Below are positions 37,231 to 47,150 of a DNA stretch of 64,000 nt, piece by piece. Where the stretch lies: assembly GCA_044227095.1 (NCBI GenBank), contig JBGAFV010000001.1, positions 1,625,127-1,689,126 of the forward strand, written 5' to 3'. Below the pieces are notes generated by a model that worked only from the letters and a program-made list of their open reading frames with translations, searched no databases and was not told the DNA's origin. Positions within the stretch are counted from its first letter, which is position 1. Each line of letters begins with the position of its first letter. The translations under genes and the position numbers were made by a program. This DNA comes from Chitinophagaceae bacterium (GTDB lineage: Bacteria; Bacteroidota; Bacteroidia; Chitinophagales; Chitinophagaceae).

Positions 37231-37427
37231 GGAACGCTGATTTTTATGATTGTTAAGATGAACTATGATTTACTTCGTGCCAGTACTTAATTTGCGAATC
37301 TGCGCCCAAGGTTTTTTTCAATAGCGATTTGTTGTACAAGTGAGTGACACAACAATGTTTAATAGCGAACTGCTGCCTGCCAAACAAAAAATCTTACTAA
37401 TCATAATCATCATAAAAATCTGCGTTC
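37231..37427. repeat. MITE-like element with GGAACGCTGATTTTTATGATT / ATCATAAAAATCTGCGTTC terminal inverted repeats enclosing a TTGTTGTACAAGTGAGTGACACAACAA palindrome
   Basis: Located between the MurU-like and kinase genes. Both end modules match the 12771-12852 element. Confidence 0.5.
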
Positions 37428-37452
37428 TATTCTTCAAATGCGAAGCATGCAT

Positions 37453-38958
37453 TTAATTCACCCAGTTTTTTTCATCCTGCACTTTATGGTGCAATGCTAC
37501 TTTTACTTTAAACTTATTTTTTAAATGCCTGGCCAATGCATCTGCGGCATAAACGCTACGGTGCTGTCCGCCAGTGCACCCAAAATTTATAATCAAATGA
37601 CTGAAATCTCTTTTAATGTAGTCGGCTACAGAAATATCCACTATGTCAAAAACACTATTGAGAAAATCTGGCATTTTGGTACGCTGTTCTAAAAAATCTT
37701 TTACTGGTTTATCCCTACCGGTTAATTTTTTGTATTCATCAAAACGACCGGGGTTGAGTATACCACGACAATCAAACACAAAGCCGCCGCCGTTGTCTGT
37801 TTCATCGTGCGGAATTCCTTTGCGGTAAGAAAAACTGTTTATCTCTACTACTAAAGGTGTTTTTTCGGTTGCCTGCAAAGGCTCGAACCTATTAATTACT
37901 TCATCGGTTACACAAAAGCGCAGGCATTTTTCAAAAGTAGGCACGGCTATACCCATGCGTTGGTTTTCTGTAAGCGATTTTAGATTGCGCAAAGCCAACG
38001 GTATGCTGGTAAGAAAGTGCGCCTTTCTTTCAAACAAGCCACGAAACCCGTACGCTCCCATTACTTGTAAAAGCCGTATCAGCACATAGCCATTATACTG
38101 TGCAATAAAAATATTTTTATCTGCAGGGGTTTCCAGTAATTTATTGGCTTCATCAATGTAATATTCAAGTAAACCTGTTTTCCATTCTTCCGGTAATTCT
38201 GCTCTTGCCTGCCATAGCAATGAAGCCACATCGTATTGTAAAGCGCCACGCATACCTCCCTGGTAATCTATAAAATGAACTTTATCGTCCTTCACCATTA
38301 CGTTCCTGCTTTGAAAATCGCGGAACATAAAATGTTTATTCTCTGTATGCGTAAGATAATTGCTCAACGCTTCAAAGTCATCTAGCAATGCCTGTTTATC
38401 ATAAGCATATTTAAGTGTGTCAAGAAAATAATATTTAAAATACAATAGATCGGAAAGGATGGCCTGCTTGCCAAACTCTTTTGCAGTGAGGCTATAGTTA
38501 TAATCAATACCATTGCCGCCTTTAATTTGCAGCCATGCAAGATTTTTCAGGCTTTGCTGAAACAAGCTGTACACATAATCATTATAACCATGTTCTTCCA
38601 GTTTGTTTAATAGTGAAGTATCGCCAAAATCTTCCTGTATATAAATTGTGTGTGCATCGTTTACACAGAATATTTCAGGAACTGAACAACCATTTTTTTT
38701 AAAATACCTGCTGAAGTAGATAAAGGTTTCGTTCTCTTTAATATTGTGTCCGTATGTAGCAATATAAGTTTTTGTGCCTGTGTTGATACGGTAATAAATT
38801 CTGTCGCTGCCCGACTGTGGTATTTTTTCAACGTCAGAAACTGGTTCATTCCTGGTAGTGGCAAACAATGCTTTAATGTCTTCTGTAATCTGCTGCATGA
38901 AAGTAAAAATAAAGTAAATTTTTATGACATTGTGGGCTCGTTTATAATGCCCCTGCAC
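37453..38958 (-). CDS. phosphotransferase (APH/AmgK-like sugar kinase) fused to a RapZ-like C-terminal domain
   Basis: The N-terminal two-thirds has kinase-fold motifs (Brenner-like HRDFQSRNVMV, DxxGG region IDYQGG). The C-terminal ~130 aa has GCTGGQHRSV, which resembles the RapZ/YhbJ C-terminal domain. The start is probably at MQQITED. Confidence 0.6.
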   Translation of the reverse strand: MQGHYKRAHNVIKIYFIFTFMQQITEDIKALFATTRNEPVSDVEKIPQSGSDRIYYRINTGTKTYIATYGHNIKENETFIYFSRYFKKNGCSVPEIFCVNDAHTIYIQEDFGDTSLLNKLEEHGYNDYVYSLFQQSLKNLAWLQIKGGNGIDYNYSLTAKEFGKQAILSDLLYFKYYFLDTLKYAYDKQALLDDFEALSNYLTHTENKHFMFRDFQSRNVMVKDDKVHFIDYQGGMRGALQYDVASLLWQARAELPEEWKTGLLEYYIDEANKLLETPADKNIFIAQYNGYVLIRLLQVMGAYGFRGLFERKAHFLTSIPLALRNLKSLTENQRMGIAVPTFEKCLRFCVTDEVINRFEPLQATEKTPLVVEINSFSYRKGIPHDETDNGGGFVFDCRGILNPGRFDEYKKLTGRDKPVKDFLEQRTKMPDFLNSVFDIVDISVADYIKRDFSHLIINFGCTGGQHRSVYAADALARHLKNKFKVKVALHHKVQDEKNWVN

Positions 38959-39151
38959 CTACTGTAAAGTTTACGGCAGTTAAAAGCGTTCATTTCATTT
39001 ATAGGAGTTATATTTGACAAACAGAGAGCTTCGCCATCACTAAATTGTTACCTTTTTATTACGTCATTTTTAATTTAGGGTACATCCATTTTATTTTTAA
39101 ATGAGCCGGCTGTAATGCAGCTGCCCATATATAATCACCAAAACAGCGTTT

Positions 39152-42022
39152 ATGAAGCTACACAAATCTCTCATGGTTATTGTGATGATGCTTATTTCTT
39201 CACAACTCCTCTTTTCACAAAAACAAACTATTACCGGTAAGGTAACAGATGCCAAAACTGGTGAACCAATCAGTGGTGTATCTGTAAAGATTAGGGCCAC
39301 AAAAACAGGAACAGTTACCAACAAAGAAGGTGTGTTTACTATTTCTGCTGCACCCAATGATGTGCTGGAAATAAGTTCTGTTGGTTTTAAAACAGAAACT
39401 GTAACACCAAATGGCCAAACAAACATTTCAATTAATCTTGCAGCTGCTTCATCGGAATTAACGGAAGTAGTATTTGTGGGCTCTCGTGGTGCTGCAAGGG
39501 CAAAAATTGAAACGCCTGTTCCTGTAGACGTTATTAAAATAAACCAGGTAGGATTGCCAACAGCTAAAATGGATCTTACTTCTGTATTAAATTATGCTGC
39601 CCCTTCTTTTAACTATAACAAACAGAGCGGTGCCGATGGTGCAGACCACGTTGATTTGGGCACACTAAGAGGCCTTGGCCCAGACCAAACATTGGTTCTT
39701 ATTAATGGCAAAAGAAGACATCAAACAGCTTTTGTTGGATTGTTTGGTACAAGAGGCCGTGGAAATTCTGGTGTTGACTTAAATGCTTTTCCTGAAGCCT
39801 CAGTAGATCGCATAGAAATATTAAGAGATGGTGCTTCTGCACAATACGGTTCGGATGCAATGGCCGGCGTTATCAATATCATTCTTAAAAAAGACATTAA
39901 CCACTGGACGATTAATACAGGTTGGAGCGGTTATTACGATACAAAGAATAACGCAAGAAAATACAATGCAGGCAATCAATATTACTCCGGCAATGCTGTT
40001 GATGGCAATACTTTCACATTGTCTGTTAACAATGGATTTGCTATTGGTAAAAATGGCGGGTTTGTAAATATCTCTGCAGATTTTTTAAAACAAGGGAAAA
40101 CATACAGGCAGGCAGATACTACCAATTACCAGCTTAATAAAAATTCATTGCCTTATTTAAATACAGGTCGCAGGGCTTTTGGGGATGGTTCTATTACTAC
40201 TAGTGGTATTATGTACAATATGGAAATACCTTTTAGTGCTTCTGGCAAGACAAGTTTTTATTCTTTTGGCGGATATAATTATAAGTCGTCTGATGCTTAT
40301 GCATATTCCCGTAATTACAGCGCCAAGCCAGAACGTTTTCCTGTAAATTCTAATGGTACTTTAATAAATGCCCCTGACATTTTACGTACAGCAAATGATG
40401 GTGAAATTTATTACAACCCGCATATACAAACACATATACAGGACATATCATTAGCACTGGGTGTAAAAGGAGATGCAGGTAATGGATGGGGTTGGGATTT
40501 GAGCAATACAATTGGAAGAAATGATTTTCATTATTATGGTGATAAAACATTCAATGCTTCTAATGTAGGAAAAGCAACACCTAACCATTTTGATGATGGT
40601 GGTTTCAATTTTTTACAAAATACTACCAACTTAGATTTTAATAAAACATTTAAATCTGTTGGACAGGGTTTGAATCTTGGACTTGGAGCAGAATTCAGGT
40701 ATGAAAGATATTCAATTTACCAGGGGGAAGATGCTTCTTACAAAAGCCTTACCAATCAGCAAATCATTTATCCCAACCAGGTAGGAACGGGTAATTATGA
40801 TTCATTGAGATCCCCAGCAGCGGGATCGCAAGGGTTTCCTGGTTTTAGCAATACAGATGCTGTAGCAGCAAACCGTACCAACTTTGCATTATATGCAGAT
40901 GCGGCGCTTGATGTAACAAAAGAATGGTTGCTTGATGGAGCTGTTCGCTTTGAAAACTATTCAGACTTTGGTTCTGTATTAACCGGCAAACTGGCTACAC
41001 GTTATAAAGTTGCCGACAACTTTAATATAAGAGGTTCTGTAAGCACTGGCTTTAGGGCGCCATCTTTACAGCAAATACATTTTAGCAACACACTTACATC
41101 ATTTAGCGGTGGTAAACTTGTGCAATCTCTTATTGCACCAAATACCAGCAGCATTGCAAAAGCTGCGGGCATCCCGGATTTAAAAGAAGAAACATCAATA
41201 AACGGAAGCCTTGGTTTTTCTTGGAAAGTAACAAAAGAATTTACACTTACACTTGATGGCTATATTGTTAAAGTAAAAGACAGGATTGTGCTTTCTGGTT
41301 TGTTTAGCAAAGACGATCCAACACTGCCTCCTTCATTTACTTCGCAATTCCCATCAGATGTAGCTACTGCACAATTCTTTGCTAATGCAGTAAGCACAAC
41401 CAATTATGGACTTGACATTGTGGCCGACTACACACACAGGTGGAACAAAAACACTATCAAAATTTTATTAGCCGGAAACCTCCAGCATGTAAATATTGAT
41501 GACATTCATATTCCATCTGCGTTAAGCGATAGCAAACTTCATCAGAAAACATTTTATAGCGACAGGGAAGAAGCTTTCTTAAAAGCATCAGCACCTAAAG
41601 CTAAATTCTCTCTTGGTATTGATTATACAAAAGATAAATTAGGCTTTGGCGCACACTTTACCTACTATGGAAAAATTGTGTTACTTGGCTTTGGTGATTC
41701 TAATGCACCTTCTGGCGATAACCCTAATGGTTCTGGTATAAACCCGCAGGTGCCCAGTGATGCAGATGGAAATGTGTATGTTCCGGAAGTGTTTAATTAC
41801 AATGCTAAAGTAACTACAGACATTTATGCATCATACAAACTCTGCAAAAGAGCAACGTTGTTTATTGGTGCAGATAATATATTTAATGTGCACCCTAACC
41901 TTGGTGTAAACCCGCTTGCAAAAGGATGGGCTGGTGATAATGAAAGTGGTGGCCCATGGGATTCTGTACAAATGGGTTTTAATGGAAGAAGATTGTTTGG
42001 CAAACTTGCATTTAGTTTCTAA
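39152..42022 (+). CDS. TonB-dependent outer-membrane receptor (CarboxypepD_reg + plug + 22-strand barrel)
   Basis: Signal peptide. ITGKVTDAKTGEPISGVSVKI is CarboxypepD_reg. The TonB box/plug region is EVVFVGSRG...DRIEILRDGASAQYGSDAMAGVINIILK. C-terminal aromatic ...LAFSF. No SusD partner. Confidence 0.85.
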   Translation: MKLHKSLMVIVMMLISSQLLFSQKQTITGKVTDAKTGEPISGVSVKIRATKTGTVTNKEGVFTISAAPNDVLEISSVGFKTETVTPNGQTNISINLAAASSELTEVVFVGSRGAARAKIETPVPVDVIKINQVGLPTAKMDLTSVLNYAAPSFNYNKQSGADGADHVDLGTLRGLGPDQTLVLINGKRRHQTAFVGLFGTRGRGNSGVDLNAFPEASVDRIEILRDGASAQYGSDAMAGVINIILKKDINHWTINTGWSGYYDTKNNARKYNAGNQYYSGNAVDGNTFTLSVNNGFAIGKNGGFVNISADFLKQGKTYRQADTTNYQLNKNSLPYLNTGRRAFGDGSITTSGIMYNMEIPFSASGKTSFYSFGGYNYKSSDAYAYSRNYSAKPERFPVNSNGTLINAPDILRTANDGEIYYNPHIQTHIQDISLALGVKGDAGNGWGWDLSNTIGRNDFHYYGDKTFNASNVGKATPNHFDDGGFNFLQNTTNLDFNKTFKSVGQGLNLGLGAEFRYERYSIYQGEDASYKSLTNQQIIYPNQVGTGNYDSLRSPAAGSQGFPGFSNTDAVAANRTNFALYADAALDVTKEWLLDGAVRFENYSDFGSVLTGKLATRYKVADNFNIRGSVSTGFRAPSLQQIHFSNTLTSFSGGKLVQSLIAPNTSSIAKAAGIPDLKEETSINGSLGFSWKVTKEFTLTLDGYIVKVKDRIVLSGLFSKDDPTLPPSFTSQFPSDVATAQFFANAVSTTNYGLDIVADYTHRWNKNTIKILLAGNLQHVNIDDIHIPSALSDSKLHQKTFYSDREEAFLKASAPKAKFSLGIDYTKDKLGFGAHFTYYGKIVLLGFGDSNAPSGDNPNGSGINPQVPSDADGNVYVPEVFNYNAKVTTDIYASYKLCKRATLFIGADNIFNVHPNLGVNPLAKGWAGDNESGGPWDSVQMGFNGRRLFGKLAFSF

Positions 42023-42040
42023 GATTATTTTGCAATAATA

Positions 42041-42077
42041 AAGAAGCCTCCTTATTGAAAGGAGGCTTCTTTGTTTT
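42041..42077 (+). terminator. intrinsic terminator after the TonB-dependent receptor gene
   Basis: AAGAAGCCTCCtTATTGAAAGGAGGCTTCTT followed by TGTTTT. Confidence 0.65.
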
Positions 42078-42093
42078 ATGGCTATGGTTAGTA

Positions 42094-42771
42094 TTATTTT
42101 ATTGTTGCAGAATACAAATCGTTTTTAATAGCATAGATAATTATGCCGGCAGTGTTTTTTGCATTCATCTTCTCCAGCATTTTCATACGCAGGCCTTCTA
42201 CTGTACGCACACTTAAAAATACTTTTGCTGCAATTTCTTTGTTGGTAAGCCCATCGCAGATATAAACAATCATTTCTTTTTCCCTATCTGTAAATTCTGG
42301 TTTTACCTGGTGTTTATATGGATTGAATTTGCTTCTCGCCACCATTTGCGCCAGTTTGTGCGATGTGTGTTTGCAATAATAAGGTTCGTCTTTATAAACA
42401 GCTTTTACGGCTTCTATCATTTCATTTTTGTCTGCATTTTTAAGAAGATATCCTTTGGCGCCTGCTTCAAGCATATCTATTATAAGATCATCTTCATCAA
42501 ACATGGTAAGCGCAATAATGCCAATAGTAGGGTAGTGCTCTGCAATATGTTTGGCAGCAGAAGCCCCATCCATACGTGGCATTTTAATATCTGTTATTAC
42601 AACATCGGGCTTTAGCTGTTTAATCTGCTCAATCAGTTCTTTTCCATCTTCTGCTTCGCCAAGCAAATCAATCTCTGGTTGTTTTTGCAGCATTAGGCGC
42701 AAACCATCCCTGAAGATCTCATGATCATCTGCAATAACAACTTTAATAGTACCATATCTGTCCATAAACAA
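42094..42771 (-). CDS. LuxR/NarL-family response regulator
   Basis: The receiver has VVIADDHEIFRDGL...DVVITDIKMPRMDG. C-terminal HTH LTNKEIAAKVFLSVRTVEGLR. Confidence 0.85.
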   Translation of the reverse strand: MFMDRYGTIKVVIADDHEIFRDGLRLMLQKQPEIDLLGEAEDGKELIEQIKQLKPDVVITDIKMPRMDGASAAKHIAEHYPTIGIIALTMFDEDDLIIDMLEAGAKGYLLKNADKNEMIEAVKAVYKDEPYYCKHTSHKLAQMVARSKFNPYKHQVKPEFTDREKEMIVYICDGLTNKEIAAKVFLSVRTVEGLRMKMLEKMNAKNTAGIIIYAIKNDLYSATIK

Positions 42772-42778
42772 ACAATTT

Positions 42779-43525
42779 CTAAAGAGGAATTTCTATGGTA
42801 TAGGCAGTTCCTTTCTCTGGGGTTGAAGTGCAATTGAATTCGCCGCCCATTACTTCTGTACGGCTCTGCAAATTACGAAGTCCGAGGCCTGAATTGTCAC
42901 GAATCTTGGAAAAATAATCAAAACCTATTCCATTATCCGCTGTCATAAGAAAAAGACGCTCATCTTGTATGCTGATTTTAATGATTAGCATACTGGCTTT
43001 TGCATGTTTGAGTGTATTGTGGGTTATTTCTTGTACAATGCGGTAGAGATTGATTTCTTTATCCAGCGACAGGTGAAGATCCTGCTCGCAGATAAATTTT
43101 ACGGGTAGTTTATACGTATCCTGGCTATTGTCTATAAATTCTACAATAGCATTTTTTAAACCTTTGCGCAAAAGTGTATTGGGCATCAGGTCGTTTGATA
43201 TTTCGCGGAGTTTTGTAATTATACTGTCTATATAATTGCTGGATTTATTAATGATCTGCAAATCCTGCGGATCTTTTGTATCGAGGTTGTTTATCTGCAG
43301 TTTAACTGCTGATAGTAATGGGCCCAATTCATCGTGCAAATCTGCTGCAATACGTTTACGTTCATTTTCAAGTGTATCAATTTCAGCCTGTATTTTTTCT
43401 TTGTGCATGCGCAGGCTTCTCCGCTGGTAGCGGATTGCTGTTATAATAAAGTAGAGCAGCACTAGTGCTACTATTACTACTACTATTATAAGAGACTCGT
43501 AATATTCTTTTTCTTTGGGATCCAT
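42779..43525 (-). CDS. sensor histidine kinase (HisKA_3 + HATPase_c), single TM
   Basis: H-box AADLHDELGPLLSAVK. N, G1 and G2 boxes ...DNGIGF...GLGLRNLQSRTEVMGGEF. Confidence 0.8.
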   Translation of the reverse strand: MDPKEKEYYESLIIVVVIVALVLLYFIITAIRYQRRSLRMHKEKIQAEIDTLENERKRIAADLHDELGPLLSAVKLQINNLDTKDPQDLQIINKSSNYIDSIITKLREISNDLMPNTLLRKGLKNAIVEFIDNSQDTYKLPVKFICEQDLHLSLDKEINLYRIVQEITHNTLKHAKASMLIIKISIQDERLFLMTADNGIGFDYFSKIRDNSGLGLRNLQSRTEVMGGEFNCTSTPEKGTAYTIEIPL

Positions 43526-44145
43526 ATTACTGCAGCTGCATACAACAGGTTAACCAATACATTTGAATAGTTATTTATTTTTTGCAAACTCCGTAAGAAT
43601 GGCTGGCTTATTTGGAGTAGCATATGTGCAGACAAATCTGTTGCACGGGTTACTATGAAAAATGAATAGAAAATGATGATGCCAATGCATATCCAGAATT
43701 TTGCGTTTGTAAAAATGTTTATTCTTTCCTGCACTACTATTTTATTAAAAGTGGTTACGCTGAAAATAATAAGCGCAAAAGAATAAATAAGGAGAAATGG
43801 GTTATTGATTTTTGTAAAACCTGTTATAAAAAAAGTGATGACAAACCAGGTAACACAAAACGAGACGATAAGTATAGAAAATTGTTTTTTATTATGGTTA
43901 AAAAGCCCCCAGTTGTGAAAAAGCCACGCAAAAGTGCAAAAATCAATAATAGAAAATATGTTGAGTACTTCATTGGTAAGTGCCGAATACTCGTGAGTGG
44001 CATTTATAATTTCAACCAGCAAAACAACAATAACGTTGTATATAAAGGGATAGTAGGCGGCGTCTATTACACGCCACCTTACTATACCAATAATAACAGA
44101 AAAGATAATACTCATACTGAGTACGAACCTTAATAAATCGTGCAT
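43486..44145 (-). CDS. multi-pass membrane protein, possible detached sensor domain of the downstream kinase
   Basis: ~6 TM helices. It overlaps the kinase ORF by 40 nt in a different frame. Confidence 0.45.
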   Translation of the reverse strand: MHDLLRFVLSMSIIFSVIIGIVRWRVIDAAYYPFIYNVIVVLLVEIINATHEYSALTNEVLNIFSIIDFCTFAWLFHNWGLFNHNKKQFSILIVSFCVTWFVITFFITGFTKINNPFLLIYSFALIIFSVTTFNKIVVQERINIFTNAKFWICIGIIIFYSFFIVTRATDLSAHMLLQISQPFLRSLQKINNYSNVLVNLLYAAAVIWIPKKKNITSLL

Positions 44146-44183
44146 GTGTTGCTGATGAAGCTGTTATTGTAATTTGTTAGGGT

Positions 44184-44678
44184 TTATTGGTCATTGTTAG
44201 AACCAACGCAACATTGGCCGTATTCAAGTCCATAACCTTCCTGTGTTACATCGGCGGCAGCTGCAGATTTTTCAATCAAAAGATCTTTGCCCTGGCTGTC
44301 GGTTCCTACAATAATCATTTTTAGTTCTTTTTGGTTTGCACCTTTGGTAACGCCATAATAAATGCGTAAGCCAACACATTTAGGATCTTTCAATAGTTCA
44401 AGCAAAGCAGGTTTATTAAATCCTTCAGATTCGGTTATAAAAAGATCGGGGTATTTTATTTTCAGGCTATCCCTTTCTGTGTTAAAAGAACGCCTGAATT
44501 GTTTTATCTGCGCAGCGTTGATGTGGTGATCAATTTTGCTGAGTGCAGAAGTGTCTTTTGGAACTGGAATAAGTACGCCATCTTTTGGCGTACCACATGA
44601 TGTGATTGCCACAGTTATGACAAACAGGATAAGCAAAATAGCAGCAGCAGAGGCAAATGGTTTTGTAATCTTTGACAT
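44184..44678 (-). CDS. hypothetical lipoprotein
   Basis: Signal peptide plus lipobox ITSCG. Confidence 0.45.
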   Translation of the reverse strand: MSKITKPFASAAAILLILFVITVAITSCGTPKDGVLIPVPKDTSALSKIDHHINAAQIKQFRRSFNTERDSLKIKYPDLFITESEGFNKPALLELLKDPKCVGLRIYYGVTKGANQKELKMIIVGTDSQGKDLLIEKSAAAADVTQEGYGLEYGQCCVGSNNDQ

Positions 44679-44914
44679 AAAAGTAGTTTTAAAAGTTATT
44701 AGTCATTAAAAATACCCATATGCCTTTGGGTTATCATGCGTAGAACTACGTTAATTAAACGGTGTCAATACGTCTCAATTTCAGTAATACCAGCCTAGCA
44801 GGAGAAATTTTAAAACTTCAATTTTGAAAAAGCATAGCAGCACTACGTTTGCTGATGTGTTTTAAACCCAACAACTGGCAGAAGGCCTGTAACTTTTTCT
44901 ACAAACTTTTAAAT

Positions 44915-45193
44915 TTCTTTTTTATGAGACAGCAACCTGCTACAGCAACACAAAGAATTAGTGTAAAAGAAACAACACCAGATTATCTCCGTACGTTGGT
45001 AAAACCAGTTTTGGCAGATTCTGTTGAAGTAAAAGAATTGTATTATAAAGAACGCATCCAATCGTTTAAAAGCATGCTTGATCATCTCAATCTGCTGGAA
45101 GATGCCTCGGAAATAGAATTTCTTTGCCGTGAAATTGTAGAGGGCAGGGCCATATTAATTAAACTTGCTGCGCAGAAAAGATATTCAGCCTGA
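44915..45193 (+). CDS. hypothetical protein
   Basis: ORF from MRQQPATA, no domain recognised, followed by a strong terminator. Confidence 0.35.
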   Translation, partial: FFFMRQQPATATQRISVKETTPDYLRTLVKPVLADSVEVKELYYKERIQSFKSMLDHLNLLEDASEIEFLCREIVEGRAILIKLAAQKRYSA

Positions 45194-45257
45194 TTAAATA
45201 TTCCGTTACCAGTTTTAAACATACTGTACTTACTATGATACTTGTTGGTCTTACACA

Positions 45258-45293
45258 AATACGCCCCGTTTTTTAAACGGGGCGTATTTTTTA
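45258..45293. terminator. bidirectional intrinsic terminator
   Basis: AAATACGCCCCGTTTttttAAACGGGGCGTATTTTTT. Confidence 0.7.
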
Positions 45294-45308
45294 TTATAGG
45301 AACTAACA

Positions 45309-46022
45309 TTAAAAACTAATTGACGGCATTTCGTCGTAAGTTCTTCCGCCTAACTCACGTCCTGCTTTCTTTTTATTTATGCCGCCCCATTGTTTAAAGA
45401 AAAAAGCAACACCTTGTTCGGAACATTGCTGGCGAATGTCCCAAACCCACCACTCTTGCATGGGTCTGGCTTTACGTCCACTTTCACCGCCAGTAATTAC
45501 CCAATCAATATTTTCAAGGTTCATGTTCATTAAAGGGCCTATCAGTGGTTCACAGGAAAGAAATTTTGTTTTGGCATTAGTCTTTCTCAAAAAATCAATT
45601 CTTCCTGCCACCCTTTGGTCTTCAACGGAAACACCCATCCATATGTTCTTAGTCCATGTAAGTTGTTCATGTAATTCAAAAAGTCGTTCTGCTCTTTTAG
45701 TTAATACCTGGTAAGTATGCTGTGGCGTATCATTCATCACTGCAAATACTTTTTTGATAAACTCCAGAGGAACCTCGGGATGAAATAAATCACTCATAGA
45801 ATTTACAAAAACAATTTTTGAACCTTTCCAACCATAAGGAATATCTATTGCATCATCATGCGTCCTTACAGCAAAACCATCTTTGTATTTTTCTATTCCC
45901 ATTGCTTCAAGACGCCGTGTCATTACTTCGGCATAACAATACTTACAACCTGCAGATATTTTAGAGCAGCCTGTTGTAGGATTCCAGGTCATTTCGGTCC
46001 ATTCTATGGAAGATTGTGACAT
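45309..46022 (-). CDS. phage Gp37/Gp68-family (DUF5131) three-Cys-motif protein
   Basis: N-terminus MSQSSIEWTEMTWNPTTGCSKISAGCKYCYAE is the Cx6CxxC three-Cys motif characteristic of PF07505. Confidence 0.65.
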   Translation of the reverse strand: MSQSSIEWTEMTWNPTTGCSKISAGCKYCYAEVMTRRLEAMGIEKYKDGFAVRTHDDAIDIPYGWKGSKIVFVNSMSDLFHPEVPLEFIKKVFAVMNDTPQHTYQVLTKRAERLFELHEQLTWTKNIWMGVSVEDQRVAGRIDFLRKTNAKTKFLSCEPLIGPLMNMNLENIDWVITGGESGRKARPMQEWWVWDIRQQCSEQGVAFFFKQWGGINKKKAGRELGGRTYDEMPSISF

Positions 46023-46024
46023 GA

Positions 46025-46303
46025 TTATTTAATTTTAATTTCAGAAGCGTTTTTAATTTTATGAATATCGGAACCTGTGAGTTTGAAATCTATAATTATT
46101 TTCCCTTCTTTATTTAAGTCCTTTAGAATGGTATTTGCATCTTTTAATAAAAACCCTTCTGATAAAGTGAATAAGTAAACTTCCACATCAGTTTTTAAAT
46201 TTCTGTTTAATATATCTTCTTTTAAAGTATTAGTGAATACCTGCTTTTGTTGGAACATTATATTCCTCAAAAAAACTTGGTTGATTAATATTGATTTTTT
46301 CAT
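46025..46303 (-). CDS. small hypothetical ORF between the TcmP-like and Gp37/Gp68 genes
   Basis: It ends 3 nt before the Gp37/Gp68 start and overlaps the 3' end of the upstream gene. Coding status is uncertain. Confidence 0.25.
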   Translation of the reverse strand: MKKSILINQVFLRNIMFQQKQVFTNTLKEDILNRNLKTDVEVYLFTLSEGFLLKDANTILKDLNKEGKIIIDFKLTGSDIHKIKNASEIKIK

Positions 46304-47108
46304 TGTCTATATCGAAATTTGCTTCGCCTGTTAATTTGTCGTGTTTCCAGCATACATGTAGAAATTTTTCAATTCCCAATGTGTGATTTGTTCCAAAAAT
46401 TAAACCATAAATACCACTAGGTTTTTTTATTGAAAATGGAGCTAAGAAATAGCTCTTTCGATCAGCTATTTTTGATCTATAGTAGTCTAAAACAAACCTA
46501 TGAATATGATAATAACTTTTTCCTTCTAGATCCTGCTTGTTGATTTTCAAATATTTTTTAAACTCCTCAACTTCCGAGAATCTTTTTATGTAAGACGATG
46601 AGATGAAGAATAAAAAATCTGTTTGCTTTAAACTAATTAATTTACTAAATACCTCTTCAGTTATTTGTTTTATGCCATTCTGGTCTAAGAATAAAAAATT
46701 AGCTGTTCTTTTCATTGTATCAAAATACTTATTGAATATTACTATGAAATCATCATTGTAGTATTCAATAACATATAGTGAATTGTCTGCAATTGAATTC
46801 AAATTATCAGTAAGTATGGTAAATTTATCACTGTCAAATTCATTGATTACTATTCGAATTTTTACTCTACTTTTTTTAATCAATTCTTTATTTTCATTGA
46901 GGATTGATATAATTCGCATAGGGCTACCGAAAGTGCCGTTAATATCTTTGCCTTCTCCAGCAAATAAGTCAAAAATTTGAATTTCAGACCATATGATTTC
47001 CTTTCTTGCAATAAATACCGGTAGCCATTCCTTAAAATAGTCTTCAAAAATTTTAAGTTTATCAATAGTCCCGTCATCAAACGGTTTTCGGAATAGGTTT
47101 CTTCCCAT
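46230..47108 (-). CDS. putative three-Cys-motif partner protein (TcmP-like)
   Basis: 292-aa product immediately upstream of the Gp37/Gp68-family gene, which is the conserved pairing. The call is by context and size only, since no diagnostic motif could be verified by eye. Confidence 0.4.
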   Translation of the reverse strand: MGRNLFRKPFDDGTIDKLKIFEDYFKEWLPVFIARKEIIWSEIQIFDLFAGEGKDINGTFGSPMRIISILNENKELIKKSRVKIRIVINEFDSDKFTILTDNLNSIADNSLYVIEYYNDDFIVIFNKYFDTMKRTANFLFLDQNGIKQITEEVFSKLISLKQTDFLFFISSSYIKRFSEVEEFKKYLKINKQDLEGKSYYHIHRFVLDYYRSKIADRKSYFLAPFSIKKPSGIYGLIFGTNHTLGIEKFLHVCWKHDKLTGEANFDIDNEKININQPSFFEEYNVPTKAGIH

Positions 47109-47150
47109 GGCAAGGTTTATAAGTTTATGCTAAGATAGAAACAATGTCCC

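Noticed and set aside
39152-42022. Polysaccharide-utilisation locus (SusC/SusD pair)
   Set aside because: The TonB-dependent receptor is followed by a terminator and an oppositely oriented response regulator. No SusD-like lipoprotein gene is present.
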